Under the pieces are notes generated by a model. The model saw only the letters and a program-made list of their open reading frames with translations. It was not told where the DNA came from and ran no database searches. Positions 50,590-58,865 of a DNA stretch of 64,000 nt are shown here, piece after piece (the stretch's first letter is position 1; every line of letters starts with the position of its first letter). The position numbers and the translations under genes were made by a program. The stretch is from NCBI GenBank assembly GCA_046290465.1, contig JBKAGP010000001.1:6368001-6432000 (forward strand). The letters run 5' to 3'. This DNA is from Planctomycetota bacterium. Lineage in GTDB: Bacteria > Planctomycetota > UBA1135 > UBA2386.

Positions 50590-52490
50590 CCGTGCGCCGC
50601 GACGGTGGTGGAGGCGGGCGTCTGCTGCTGCACGAACACGCGGTGCCACGACGACAGCACCAGCAGCGAGTGCAGCGTCAGCGCGTTGTGCGCGACGGTC
50701 TCGGGCGTCGCCATCAGCCCGTCGAGCCACGCGTGCGGGAACGTCTCGGCGACGAACGTGCCTTGGTCGCGCAGCATCGCGCGCACGGTCGGCATCGCGT
50801 CCGGCGACAGCCACCTGGTGACCGCGTTGGGGAAGCCGTGCTTCTTGCGCGTCGACACGTCGCCCGGCAGGTGGCGCTGCGCCAGCCGCCGCAGCAGCAG
50901 CTTGTTCTCGAACTTGTTGCCGAACTTGTGGTCGCCGTGGATCGACAGCGCGAACTCGGCGACGCGGTGGTCGAGGAACGGCACGCGGCCCTCGATCGAC
51001 ACGCCCATCGTGGTGCGGTCGAGCAGGCTCAACAGCTGGTGCGGCAGGTAGGTCTCGGTGTCGACGCACAGCTGCTGGTTGCGCGCGTCGAGGTCGCTCG
51101 CGGTCGCGAAGCACTCGGCGAGTTCCTGCAGGTGGTCGCGATGCACGAGGCCCTGCAGCGCGTCGCGGTCGGCGTCGCTGAGGTGCGTCATGGCGCGGCC
51201 GTGGTAGGGCAGGCGGTCGCGCCCGAACGCGCGGATCGCGGCGCGTTCCTTCGCCGGGCGGTGCATGCCGACGGCCCTGGCCGCCAGCCCGTCGCCGAGC
51301 ACGTGCGCCAGCAGCCGGTAGGCGGTGCAGCGCCCGGTCAGCCGGTAGTGCCCGTAACCGGCGAACAGCTCGTCGGCGCCGCTGCCGGCCAGCAGCACCT
51401 TGACGTGCTTCGCCGCGGCACGGCAGACCAGCAGCGACGAGAACACCGCGGGGTCGGCGACCGGCTCGTCGTTGAAGAACGTGGTCGCGTCGAGCTCGGC
51501 GAGGAAGTCGCCGGCCTCGGCGGTGATCTCGACCTGCTCGATGCCGAGCTTGCTGCTGACCTGCCGCGCGCAGTCGAGCTCGCCCGGATCGGTGTCCGGG
51601 AATGCGATCGTGAACGCCCGCACGTCGGCGGCGGCGCCGTTCTCGGTCAGCGCCTGGTGCGCGTAGTGCGCGATCAGGCTCGAGTCGAGGCCGCCCGACA
51701 GGCTGATGCCGACCGGCACGTCGGCGATCAGCTGCAGCCGCGTCGCGTCGGCGAGCAGCGCGTCGATCTCGTCGAGGCAGTCGCCGGTGCGCGGCGTGAC
51801 CTGCGGCGCCAGCCGCCACCAGCGCTCGCGGCGCGGCGGCCGGCCCTGCTGCAGCACCATGCGCTCGCCGGGCAGCAGCTTCTCGACGCCCCTGCAGATG
51901 GTCTGCGCGCCCGGCACGTAGAACAGCTCCAAGAACGGCACCACCTGCGCCGGGTCGATCTCGGCGTCGACGTAGCCACTCGCGAACAGCGTCTTCAGCT
52001 CGCTGCCGAACACCAGCTTGCCGTCGCGTTCGGCGAAGTAGAGCGGCTTGATGCCGAGCCGGTCGCGATACAGCCGGCAGCTGCGATCGCGGCCGTCGAG
52101 CACGCAGATCGCGAACATGCCGTTGAGCAGCTCGACGAAGTCCTCGCCGTAGTGCTCGTACAGGTGCGGCAGCACCGCGGCGTCCGAGCCCTTGTCGATC
52201 GCCACGCCGTGCTCGCGCCGCAGCTTGTCGCGCAGCTCGAGGTGGTTGTAGATCTCGCCGTTGAAGAACACCTGGATGCGCTCGTCACCGGCCTTGACCG
52301 GCTGGTCACCGGTGACCAGGTCGATGATCGCGAGGCGGCGGAAGCCGGCGCCGGCGAACGGCTCGACGACGATGTTCTGGGCATCGGGGCCGCGGTGCGC
52401 GATCGCCTGCGCCATCCCGGCGATGCGGGCGGCGAGGTCGTCGGGACGGGCCTCGGGATCGAGCAGGAAGATGCCGGCGAAGCCGCACAT
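50586..52490 (-). CDS. asnB: Asparagine synthase (glutamine-hydrolysing)-family amidotransferase
   Basis: N-terminal MCGFAG, HRGPD, RRLAIID, FNGEIYN, RDRLGIKPLY, LSGGLDSS, GSGADELFAGY, EGRVPFLDH. Confidence 0.93.
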   Translation of the reverse strand: MCGFAGIFLLDPEARPDDLAARIAGMAQAIAHRGPDAQNIVVEPFAGAGFRRLAIIDLVTGDQPVKAGDERIQVFFNGEIYNHLELRDKLRREHGVAIDKGSDAAVLPHLYEHYGEDFVELLNGMFAICVLDGRDRSCRLYRDRLGIKPLYFAERDGKLVFGSELKTLFASGYVDAEIDPAQVVPFLELFYVPGAQTICRGVEKLLPGERMVLQQGRPPRRERWWRLAPQVTPRTGDCLDEIDALLADATRLQLIADVPVGISLSGGLDSSLIAHYAHQALTENGAAADVRAFTIAFPDTDPGELDCARQVSSKLGIEQVEITAEAGDFLAELDATTFFNDEPVADPAVFSSLLVCRAAAKHVKVLLAGSGADELFAGYGHYRLTGRCTAYRLLAHVLGDGLAARAVGMHRPAKERAAIRAFGRDRLPYHGRAMTHLSDADRDALQGLVHRDHLQELAECFATASDLDARNQQLCVDTETYLPHQLLSLLDRTTMGVSIEGRVPFLDHRVAEFALSIHGDHKFGNKFENKLLLRRLAQRHLPGDVSTRKKHGFPNAVTRWLSPDAMPTVRAMLRDQGTFVAETFPHAWLDGLMATPETVAHNALTLHSLLVLSSWHRVFVQQQTPASTTVAAHG

Positions 52491-52550
52491 GTGGAGTCGT
52501 TCTGACGGGGGCGAGCGCTGCGGCGGGGGCGGCCCGCCATCGGATCCAGA

Positions 52551-53507
52551 CTATCGGGATCGCGGGTCCGATACTGGAGTTTCGAAGCGGGCCAACAGCC
52601 CGTCCACACCGAGTTCCGGCTTCATCGTGAGGATCTCGGGAAGGCGCCGCAGCCAGGTCGTCTGGCGACGGATCAGCTTGTGCGTGTTGCGGCGGATGCG
52701 GTTGCGCAGTTCGGTGCGGTCCTTCCAGCGGCCGCGCAGATGGTCGAGGCACTCGGCGTAGCCGATCGCCGCACCGGCGGTCCGGGAAAACCCACAGTCG
52801 TCGCGGATCGCGCGGGTCTCGTCGACCAGGCCTTCGTCGAGCATCCGTTCGGTGCGCGCCCTGACGCGTTGGTGCAGCTCGTCGCGGCCGCGCGTGATCC
52901 AGACGACGCGGCAGTCGCGCTGCCAGCCCTGCCGTTCGAACTGCTCCTGCTGGCTCGAGATCGTCCTGCCGGTCAGCTCGAGGACCTCGAGCGCGCGCAC
53001 CAGCCGGCGCAGGTCCTTGCGGTGGATGCGCGACGCCGCCTCCGGATCCCGCGTGCTCAGCTCCTCGTGCAGCACGCCGGGCTGGTCCGCTTCGCGCTGC
53101 TCGAGCCGCTGGCGGATCTCGGGGTCGGCCTGCGGGCCCTCCATCATGCCCTTGAAGAACGCCATCAGGTACAGCGGCGTGCCGCCGACGAACAGCGCCT
53201 TGCGGCCCGAGGCCAGCAGCTCCTGCAGCTTGTCGTCGGCCAGCCGGCACCAGCGCGCGGTGTCGAAGGTCTCGTCGGGATCGACCAGGTCGACCAGGTG
53301 GTGCGGCACCCGGGCGCGCTCGTCGGCCGTCGGTTTCGCCGTGCCGATGTCCATGCGGCGGTAGACCGCCATCGAGTCCATCGACAGGATCTCGCGGCCG
53401 GTGCGCTCGGCCAGCGCGACCGCCAGGGCCGTCTTGCCCGATGCGGTCGGGCCGGTGACGACCCACAGTGGGGGCGATCCAAGGGCTGCGTTCTGCGGTT
53501 CGCTCAA
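52551..53507 (-). CDS. miaA: tRNA dimethylallyltransferase
   Basis: GPTASGKT, SMDSMAVYRRMDIGTAKP, HHLVD, VGGTPLY, RALEV, AIGYAE, RQTTW. TTG start estimated. Confidence 0.95.
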   Translation of the reverse strand: MSEPQNAALGSPPLWVVTGPTASGKTALAVALAERTGREILSMDSMAVYRRMDIGTAKPTADERARVPHHLVDLVDPDETFDTARWCRLADDKLQELLASGRKALFVGGTPLYLMAFFKGMMEGPQADPEIRQRLEQREADQPGVLHEELSTRDPEAASRIHRKDLRRLVRALEVLELTGRTISSQQEQFERQGWQRDCRVVWITRGRDELHQRVRARTERMLDEGLVDETRAIRDDCGFSRTAGAAIGYAECLDHLRGRWKDRTELRNRIRRNTHKLIRRQTTWLRRLPEILTMKPELGVDGLLARFETPVSDPRSR

Positions 53508-53582
53508 CGGTGGGGCGAAGTTAGCGGGTCGACCCTTCCGCGTCGCGCCCCAGCTCGGTACCTTCCTTCGCTTCCATAGCCG

Positions 53583-54347
53583 ATGATTGCGTTCCTCTCC
53601 GACATCCACAGCAACATCGAGGCGCTGACCAACTGCCTCGCCGAAGTCGACCAGCTCGGCGCCGACCGTCTGGTCTGCCTCGGCGATGTCATCGGCTACG
53701 GCCCTCAGCCTCGCGAGGCGCTGCGCACGATCATGGATCGCTGCGAGTTCTCGCTGCTCGGCAACCACGAGCACGGCGCGATGTTCTACGCCTCCGACTT
53801 CAACCCGCGCGCGCGCCAGGCAATCGACTGGACGCGGGACCAGCTCAACCGCCGCGACTGCCCGCGCGAGGAGAACATGCAGTTCTGGAACTACCTGGAC
53901 GGCATGAAGAAGGAGCACCGCGAGGCGTCGATGCTGTTCGTGCACGGTTCGCCGCGCGATCCGGTGCGCGAGTACATGGTGCCGCGCGACGTGCAGGACC
54001 AGCAGAAGATGGACGAGTGCTTCGCCAAGATGGGCGACGCCAGTCTCTGCTTCATCGGCCACAGCCACGTGCCCGGCGTCTACACCCGGTCGGGCAAGTT
54101 CTTGATGCCGTCGGAGATCGGCATGGAGTGGCAGGTCGACGAGCCCGCGATCGTCAACGTCGGTTCGGTCGGCCAGCCGCGCGACGGCGACGTGCGTTCG
54201 TCGTTCGTCACCTACGACGGCGACGGCACCGACGGCACCGTGCGCTTCTACCGAACCGAGTACGACGTCGAGACCACGATGGGGAAGATCCGCGGCATCG
54301 AAGAGCTGCCCGACTACCTCGCCGACCGCCTCGCGCAGGGGCGCTAG
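53583..54347 (+). CDS. Metallophosphoesterase (calcineurin-like)
   Basis: SDIHSN, LGDVIGYG, GNHE, VHGSP, GHSH, NVGSVGQPRDG. Confidence 0.92.
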   Translation: MIAFLSDIHSNIEALTNCLAEVDQLGADRLVCLGDVIGYGPQPREALRTIMDRCEFSLLGNHEHGAMFYASDFNPRARQAIDWTRDQLNRRDCPREENMQFWNYLDGMKKEHREASMLFVHGSPRDPVREYMVPRDVQDQQKMDECFAKMGDASLCFIGHSHVPGVYTRSGKFLMPSEIGMEWQVDEPAIVNVGSVGQPRDGDVRSSFVTYDGDGTDGTVRFYRTEYDVETTMGKIRGIEELPDYLADRLAQGR

Positions 54348-54437
54348 CCGCGGGCCCGCCCGCCGGCGGGATCGCCCCGATTGTCCGCACTGTTTGTCCG
54401 AATGTTCCGCGCGGTGACGCGGACCCCCGACCCCCTC

Positions 54438-56099
54438 ATGTCGACTGCACTCCGCTTCGTATTCCTGCTGCTGTGTGTGCCCGCGCTGTTGTTGGCGCAG
54501 GCCGAGACCGGCAAGACCGTCGAGTTCGGCGCGCCCGGTGAGATCGGCAGCTTCCGCGCCCGCTTCAGCAGGCAGACCGGCGGCATCGTCTGGCTGCAGG
54601 CGACCGACCACTACGTGTCGCTCGCCAAGGCGCGCAACGCCGAGCACGACCGCGGCGACTACCTGCTGCTGGTCGACAACACGGACCACTCGCTGCGCAT
54701 GTTCCAGGGCAACGGCGGGGTGTTCGCGAAGAACCCGGCCGATGCCGAGTGGCAGATCGACGAGATCGACGGCGGCGTCAGGCTGACGCTCGACGACGGC
54801 CAGGGCCTGGTGCTCGAGAAGGTGCTGCGCCACGACCCGGCCCAGCGCGGCTTCGTGATGGAGCTGACGCTGCGCAACGTCAGCTCGGACAAGTCCGGCA
54901 CGCAGGCGTTCTCGCTGCTCGGACCGGCGCTGGTCGTGCCGCAGCAGTCCGGCCTGTTCGGCGAGGTCGCGGTGTCGATCGCCGCGCCGATCGAAGGCGA
55001 CGCGCAGGATGTCGCGCCGTCGAAGGAAGGCAAGGTGCAGCAGCTGGCGGTGGCGCCGAGCATGCTGTCGTTCGCGGGCAGCACCAACCGCTTCTTCGGC
55101 GCGTTCGTCTACCCGCTCGACGAGACGAGCCGCACGACGTTGACGCAGTTCGAGGTGCTGACGGTGCCGCCGCGGCGGGACGTCGATCCGCCCGACAACA
55201 TGACGACGCGGATCCGCTACGGCCTGAACTTCACGATCCCGTCGAAGGGGCAGGCGAGCACCGCGAAGTACGGCCTCTACATCGGCCCGAAGTCCTACCG
55301 CGTGTTCGACACGCTCGACGATCCCGAGCGCTTCGCGCCGATCCTCGACGTCGACCTCGATCCGCCGTGCTGCGGCATCAGCATCCCGGGCGGCCGCTTC
55401 ATGGCGCAGACGCTGATCGTGTTGCTCGGCTGGTTCTATGACTTCCTGCACAACTGGGGCTTCGCGATCATCCTGCTGACGATCCTGGTGCGCGGCAGCA
55501 TGTTCCCGCTGAACTTCCGCATGCAGAAGTCGATGCGCGCCTACGGCAGCAAGATGGCCAAGCTGAAGCCGCAGCTCGAGAAGCTGAAGACGCAGTACGC
55601 CGACGACCAGAAGGGCTACCAGCAGGCGATGATCCAGTTCCAGCGCGAGCACAAGATCATGCCGCCGATCGGTGGTTGCCTGCCGATCTTCCTGACCATG
55701 CCGATCTACCTCGGCCTGTTCACCGCGCTGCGCACCGCCTACGACCTGCGCCAGCAGCCGTGGCTGTTCTGGATCGAGGACCTCAGCGTCAGCGACGCGC
55801 TGGTCCCGCTCGACTTCTGGCCGGGTGCGTTCAACCTGCTGCCGCTGCTCTGGATGGGCCTGTTCATCTTCATGACGCTGCGCCAGCCGCTGCCGACCGA
55901 TCCGCAGCAGCGCCAGATGCAGATGATGATGCGCTTCATGCCGATCCTGTTCGGCGTGATGCTCTACAACTACGCCTCGGCGCTGCTCCTCTACATGGTC
56001 ACGTCGATGCTCTGGTCCCTCGTCGAGAGCACAATCGTCAAGAAGATCCTCGGCCCGATGGACCCCAACGCCAGCGCCATGGCGCCAACCCCCATCTAA
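54438..56099 (+). CDS. yidC: Membrane protein insertase YidC
   Basis: Periplasmic domain then YIGPK, NWGFAIILLTILVR, GGCLPIFLTMP, WIEDLS, LLLYMVTS. Confidence 0.93.
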   Translation: MSTALRFVFLLLCVPALLLAQAETGKTVEFGAPGEIGSFRARFSRQTGGIVWLQATDHYVSLAKARNAEHDRGDYLLLVDNTDHSLRMFQGNGGVFAKNPADAEWQIDEIDGGVRLTLDDGQGLVLEKVLRHDPAQRGFVMELTLRNVSSDKSGTQAFSLLGPALVVPQQSGLFGEVAVSIAAPIEGDAQDVAPSKEGKVQQLAVAPSMLSFAGSTNRFFGAFVYPLDETSRTTLTQFEVLTVPPRRDVDPPDNMTTRIRYGLNFTIPSKGQASTAKYGLYIGPKSYRVFDTLDDPERFAPILDVDLDPPCCGISIPGGRFMAQTLIVLLGWFYDFLHNWGFAIILLTILVRGSMFPLNFRMQKSMRAYGSKMAKLKPQLEKLKTQYADDQKGYQQAMIQFQREHKIMPPIGGCLPIFLTMPIYLGLFTALRTAYDLRQQPWLFWIEDLSVSDALVPLDFWPGAFNLLPLLWMGLFIFMTLRQPLPTDPQQRQMQMMMRFMPILFGVMLYNYASALLLYMVTSMLWSLVESTIVKKILGPMDPNASAMAPTPI

Positions 56100-56102
56100 G
56101 TA

Positions 56103-56184
56103 GCCGTACGGTACCTGGTTCGTCCTCCAACTTCCGCGAGCGCGAGCGCTCGCGGAAGTTGGAGGACGACCAGGACTGTACGGC
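56103..56184. repeat. Family B repeat arranged as a long palindrome between convergent genes
   Basis: Perfect 24-bp inverted repeat 56120-56143 / 56146-56169, extended imperfectly to gccgtac...gtacggc. Confidence 0.9.
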
Positions 56185-56189
56185 AAGGT

Positions 56190-57224
56190 TCAGGTGGGGA
56201 GGAGGAAGTCGAGCTGGAGGGCGCCGTCCTGCAGGCGGCGGACGGTGGCCTGGCCGCGGTGGCCGAGCACGACGGTCTGCGCCAGGAACAGGCCGAGGCC
56301 GTGGCTCTGGCCGCGGATCAAGCGCTGCGGGTAGAACGGCTCGAACGTGTTCGGCAGCTGCCAGGTCGACAGGCCCTGGCCGCGCGCGACCAGGCGGATG
56401 CGGCGCGCGTTGTCGGTGGCCTCGAGCTGCAGGTGGCTGTGGGGCACGACCGCGGCGAGTTCGTCGGCGAACTGCACGATCGCGGTCATCGCGAGGCCGA
56501 GCTGTTCGCGGTCGCCCTCGACGACCTGTTCGCCGGCCGGCATCTGCACGGTGGCCGTCGGCGTGCCCGGTGCGCGCTCGGCGATCGCCGCCGCGATCAG
56601 CGCTGCGACGTCGACCTCGGTGCGCGTGCCCGGTCCGTCGGCCGCCTGCGACAGCAGCCGCAGGCGGTCGACGGCCGCTTGGATGCGCTGCAGTCCGGCC
56701 AGCGCCGCGTCGACCTGGTCGCGCCGCGCCTGCTCGTCGCGCGGGTCGAACTGCGCGCGCAGCAGCTGCAGGTGGCCCGACACGAACAGCAGCGGGTTGT
56801 TGATCTCGTCGGCGAGGCCGTGCGCGAGGTCGACGAACAGCTCCGGCCGCGGGCGATCGCCGCCGTGCAGCATCTGTTCGAGCACGGCGGCCAGCTGACC
56901 CGGCGTGTCCGGGTAGATGATCAGCCGCGCCGAGAGCCGCGCCGCGATCGGGCCCATGGTCACCTCGCCGTGCGAATCGGTCACCACCGCGACCGCCAGC
57001 GCCGGCCACAGCCGCTGCAGCAGCTTGATCGCGCCGATGTCCTCACCCGGATGCTCGCCGAACCGGACCAGCAGCATGTCCGGCTGGAACCGCATCAGCA
57101 CTTCGGTGTCGCCGACCACCGACACCATCGGACGGACCTCCGGCTGCAGGGGCAGCTGGCGGAGGTCGCCGAGGAGGCGGTCGTCGACCTGGCCGACGAC
57201 GGCGATGCGAACGGGCCGATCCAT
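56190..57224 (-). CDS. Degenerate receiver + histidine-kinase-like protein (probable pseudokinase)
   Basis: REC-like N-terminus (RIAVVG..PDMLLV..VAVVT), LAHGLADEINNPL, FEPFY, HGLGLFLAQTVVLGHRG. Confidence 0.75.
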   Translation of the reverse strand: MDRPVRIAVVGQVDDRLLGDLRQLPLQPEVRPMVSVVGDTEVLMRFQPDMLLVRFGEHPGEDIGAIKLLQRLWPALAVAVVTDSHGEVTMGPIAARLSARLIIYPDTPGQLAAVLEQMLHGGDRPRPELFVDLAHGLADEINNPLLFVSGHLQLLRAQFDPRDEQARRDQVDAALAGLQRIQAAVDRLRLLSQAADGPGTRTEVDVAALIAAAIAERAPGTPTATVQMPAGEQVVEGDREQLGLAMTAIVQFADELAAVVPHSHLQLEATDNARRIRLVARGQGLSTWQLPNTFEPFYPQRLIRGQSHGLGLFLAQTVVLGHRGQATVRRLQDGALQLDFLLPT

Positions 57225-57378
57225 GAATGCGAATGCCTACGCAAGTCCTCTGCGGAACTTGCCGTAGGTGGGCGAGTACAGGCTAGAGCACCGGGGCTCC
57301 GGTGTCATCATACATGCTCGAAGAGCAGGGCGAGTGCGGGCTATCGGGCGAGCCTGCGCCAGGACGATACAGCGGAAC

Positions 57379-57768
57379 GTGACGGGGGAGCAGGACGATC
57401 CGCAGCAGCCGGGCGAGGCCGGGACCGAGACCCGGGCTCGCCTTCGTGTCGTGCAAGGTCCGATGCCATCGGATGGCGGCGACGAGGCTCCGCCGCCGGT
57501 GCGCCTGCGCCGCGAGTTCAAGGGGCTGACCGTCGCCGACCTGCATCGCGAAGAGGTTGCCGGCCGCCTGCCCGGCCAGGTCCGGTCGGCGCTGCAGCAT
57601 CTCGAGAACGGCGACGTCGCCGCGGCCGAGCACGCGATGCCGGGCGAGTTCGGTCGCGTGCTCGCCGGACCGGGCCACCGACGCCGCACGCGCTACGGTT
57701 GGTTGTTGCTGGTCGGGATCGTGGCGATCGCGACCGGGGTCGTCGTCGCCAACTGCTTGTTGTCCTGA
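57379..57768 (+). CDS. Small hypothetical protein with C-terminal TM helix
   Basis: ORF fills the intergenic gap and has a hydrophobic C-terminus. Start uncertain. Confidence 0.5.
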   Translation: MTGEQDDPQQPGEAGTETRARLRVVQGPMPSDGGDEAPPPVRLRREFKGLTVADLHREEVAGRLPGQVRSALQHLENGDVAAAEHAMPGEFGRVLAGPGHRRRTRYGWLLLVGIVAIATGVVVANCLLS

Positions 57769-57842
57769 CCGAGGCACCGAGACCCAGGCAATTGCCGCTC
57801 GCACAACCGCCGTCGCCGACGCACTATGCGCACCCTGCAGCC

Positions 57843-58865
57843 GTGACCGAGACCGTTCGTCCGAACCCCGCCGAGAGCACCCCGATGGCCGCCGTGGCCG
57901 CGGAGGGCGACGTCGTGCCCGGCCTCAGCGTCGTCGTGCCGATCTACAACGAACGCGAGAACGTCGAGCCGCTGCACGAGTCGCTGTCCTACGCGCTGCA
58001 GGCGCTCGGCCGCAGCTACGAGATCGTGTTCATCGACGACGGCAGCTCGGACGGTTCGCGCGACGTGATGCGGCGGCTCGCCGCCAACGACCCACACCTG
58101 CGGCTGGTGTTCTTCCGGCGCAACTACGGGCAGACGGCCGCGATGGCTGCCGGCTTCCGCGCCTGCCGCGGCCGCACGGTCGTGTCGATGGACGGCGACC
58201 TGCAGAACGACCCGGCCGACATCGGCCGCCTGGTCGAGAAGCTCGAGGAGGGCTACGACGTCGTCTGCGGCTGGCGGCGCAACCGCCAGGACCGGGTCGC
58301 GACGCGCCTGCTGCCGTCGCGCATCGCCAACTTCCTGATCGCGCGCGTCACCGGCGCGCGCATCCACGACACCGGCTGCTCGCTCAAGGTCTACCGCAGC
58401 TGGGTGGTGCGTTCGCTGCACCTCTACTCCGACATGCACCGCTTCCTGGCCGCGCTCGGCGTCGGCCTCGGCGCGCGCATCACCGAACTGCCGGTGCGCC
58501 ACCACGCGCGCCGCGCGGGCGTCTCGAAATACGGGCTCGGCCGCGTCTTTCGGGTGCTGGCCGACCTCGTCGGCATCAAGATGCTGATCCAGTTCGCCGC
58601 CCACCCGATCCGCTGGTTCTCGCTGCTGGCGCTGCCGATGTTCGTGCTGTCCTGCCTGCTGTTCCTGCTCGGATTCGTCAAGTACACGCGCGAAGGCCTC
58701 GAGCTGTTCGGCGACTACGACATGGCGGCGGTGGCCGCCGGCTCGGTCGCGCTGCTGGTCACGATGAACGTGTTCCTGCTCGGGTTCCTCGCCGAGCTGC
58801 AGGTCAAGGTGTCGAAGTTCTTTCGCCAGCGCATCTCGGTCACCGCCAAGGAGGCCGCGCGATGA
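57843..58865 (+). CDS. Glycosyltransferase family 2 (DPM/ArnC/GtrB-like)
   Basis: VVVPIYNE, IDDGSSDGS, RNYGQTAA, MDGDLQNDP, HDTGCSLK, MHRF, GVSKYG, two C-terminal TMs. Confidence 0.93.
   Translation: MTETVRPNPAESTPMAAVAAEGDVVPGLSVVVPIYNERENVEPLHESLSYALQALGRSYEIVFIDDGSSDGSRDVMRRLAANDPHLRLVFFRRNYGQTAAMAAGFRACRGRTVVSMDGDLQNDPADIGRLVEKLEEGYDVVCGWRRNRQDRVATRLLPSRIANFLIARVTGARIHDTGCSLKVYRSWVVRSLHLYSDMHRFLAALGVGLGARITELPVRHHARRAGVSKYGLGRVFRVLADLVGIKMLIQFAAHPIRWFSLLALPMFVLSCLLFLLGFVKYTREGLELFGDYDMAAVAAGSVALLVTMNVFLLGFLAELQVKVSKFFRQRISVTAKEAAR

Noticed and set aside
52551..56186. Apparent 1211-aa MiaA fusion (likewise long N-terminal extensions on rsmG, wzx, gspD, the kinase and GT2 ORFs)
   Set aside because: The extensions overlap genuine neighbouring genes and are open-frame artefacts. 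The real starts lie near the conserved domains.
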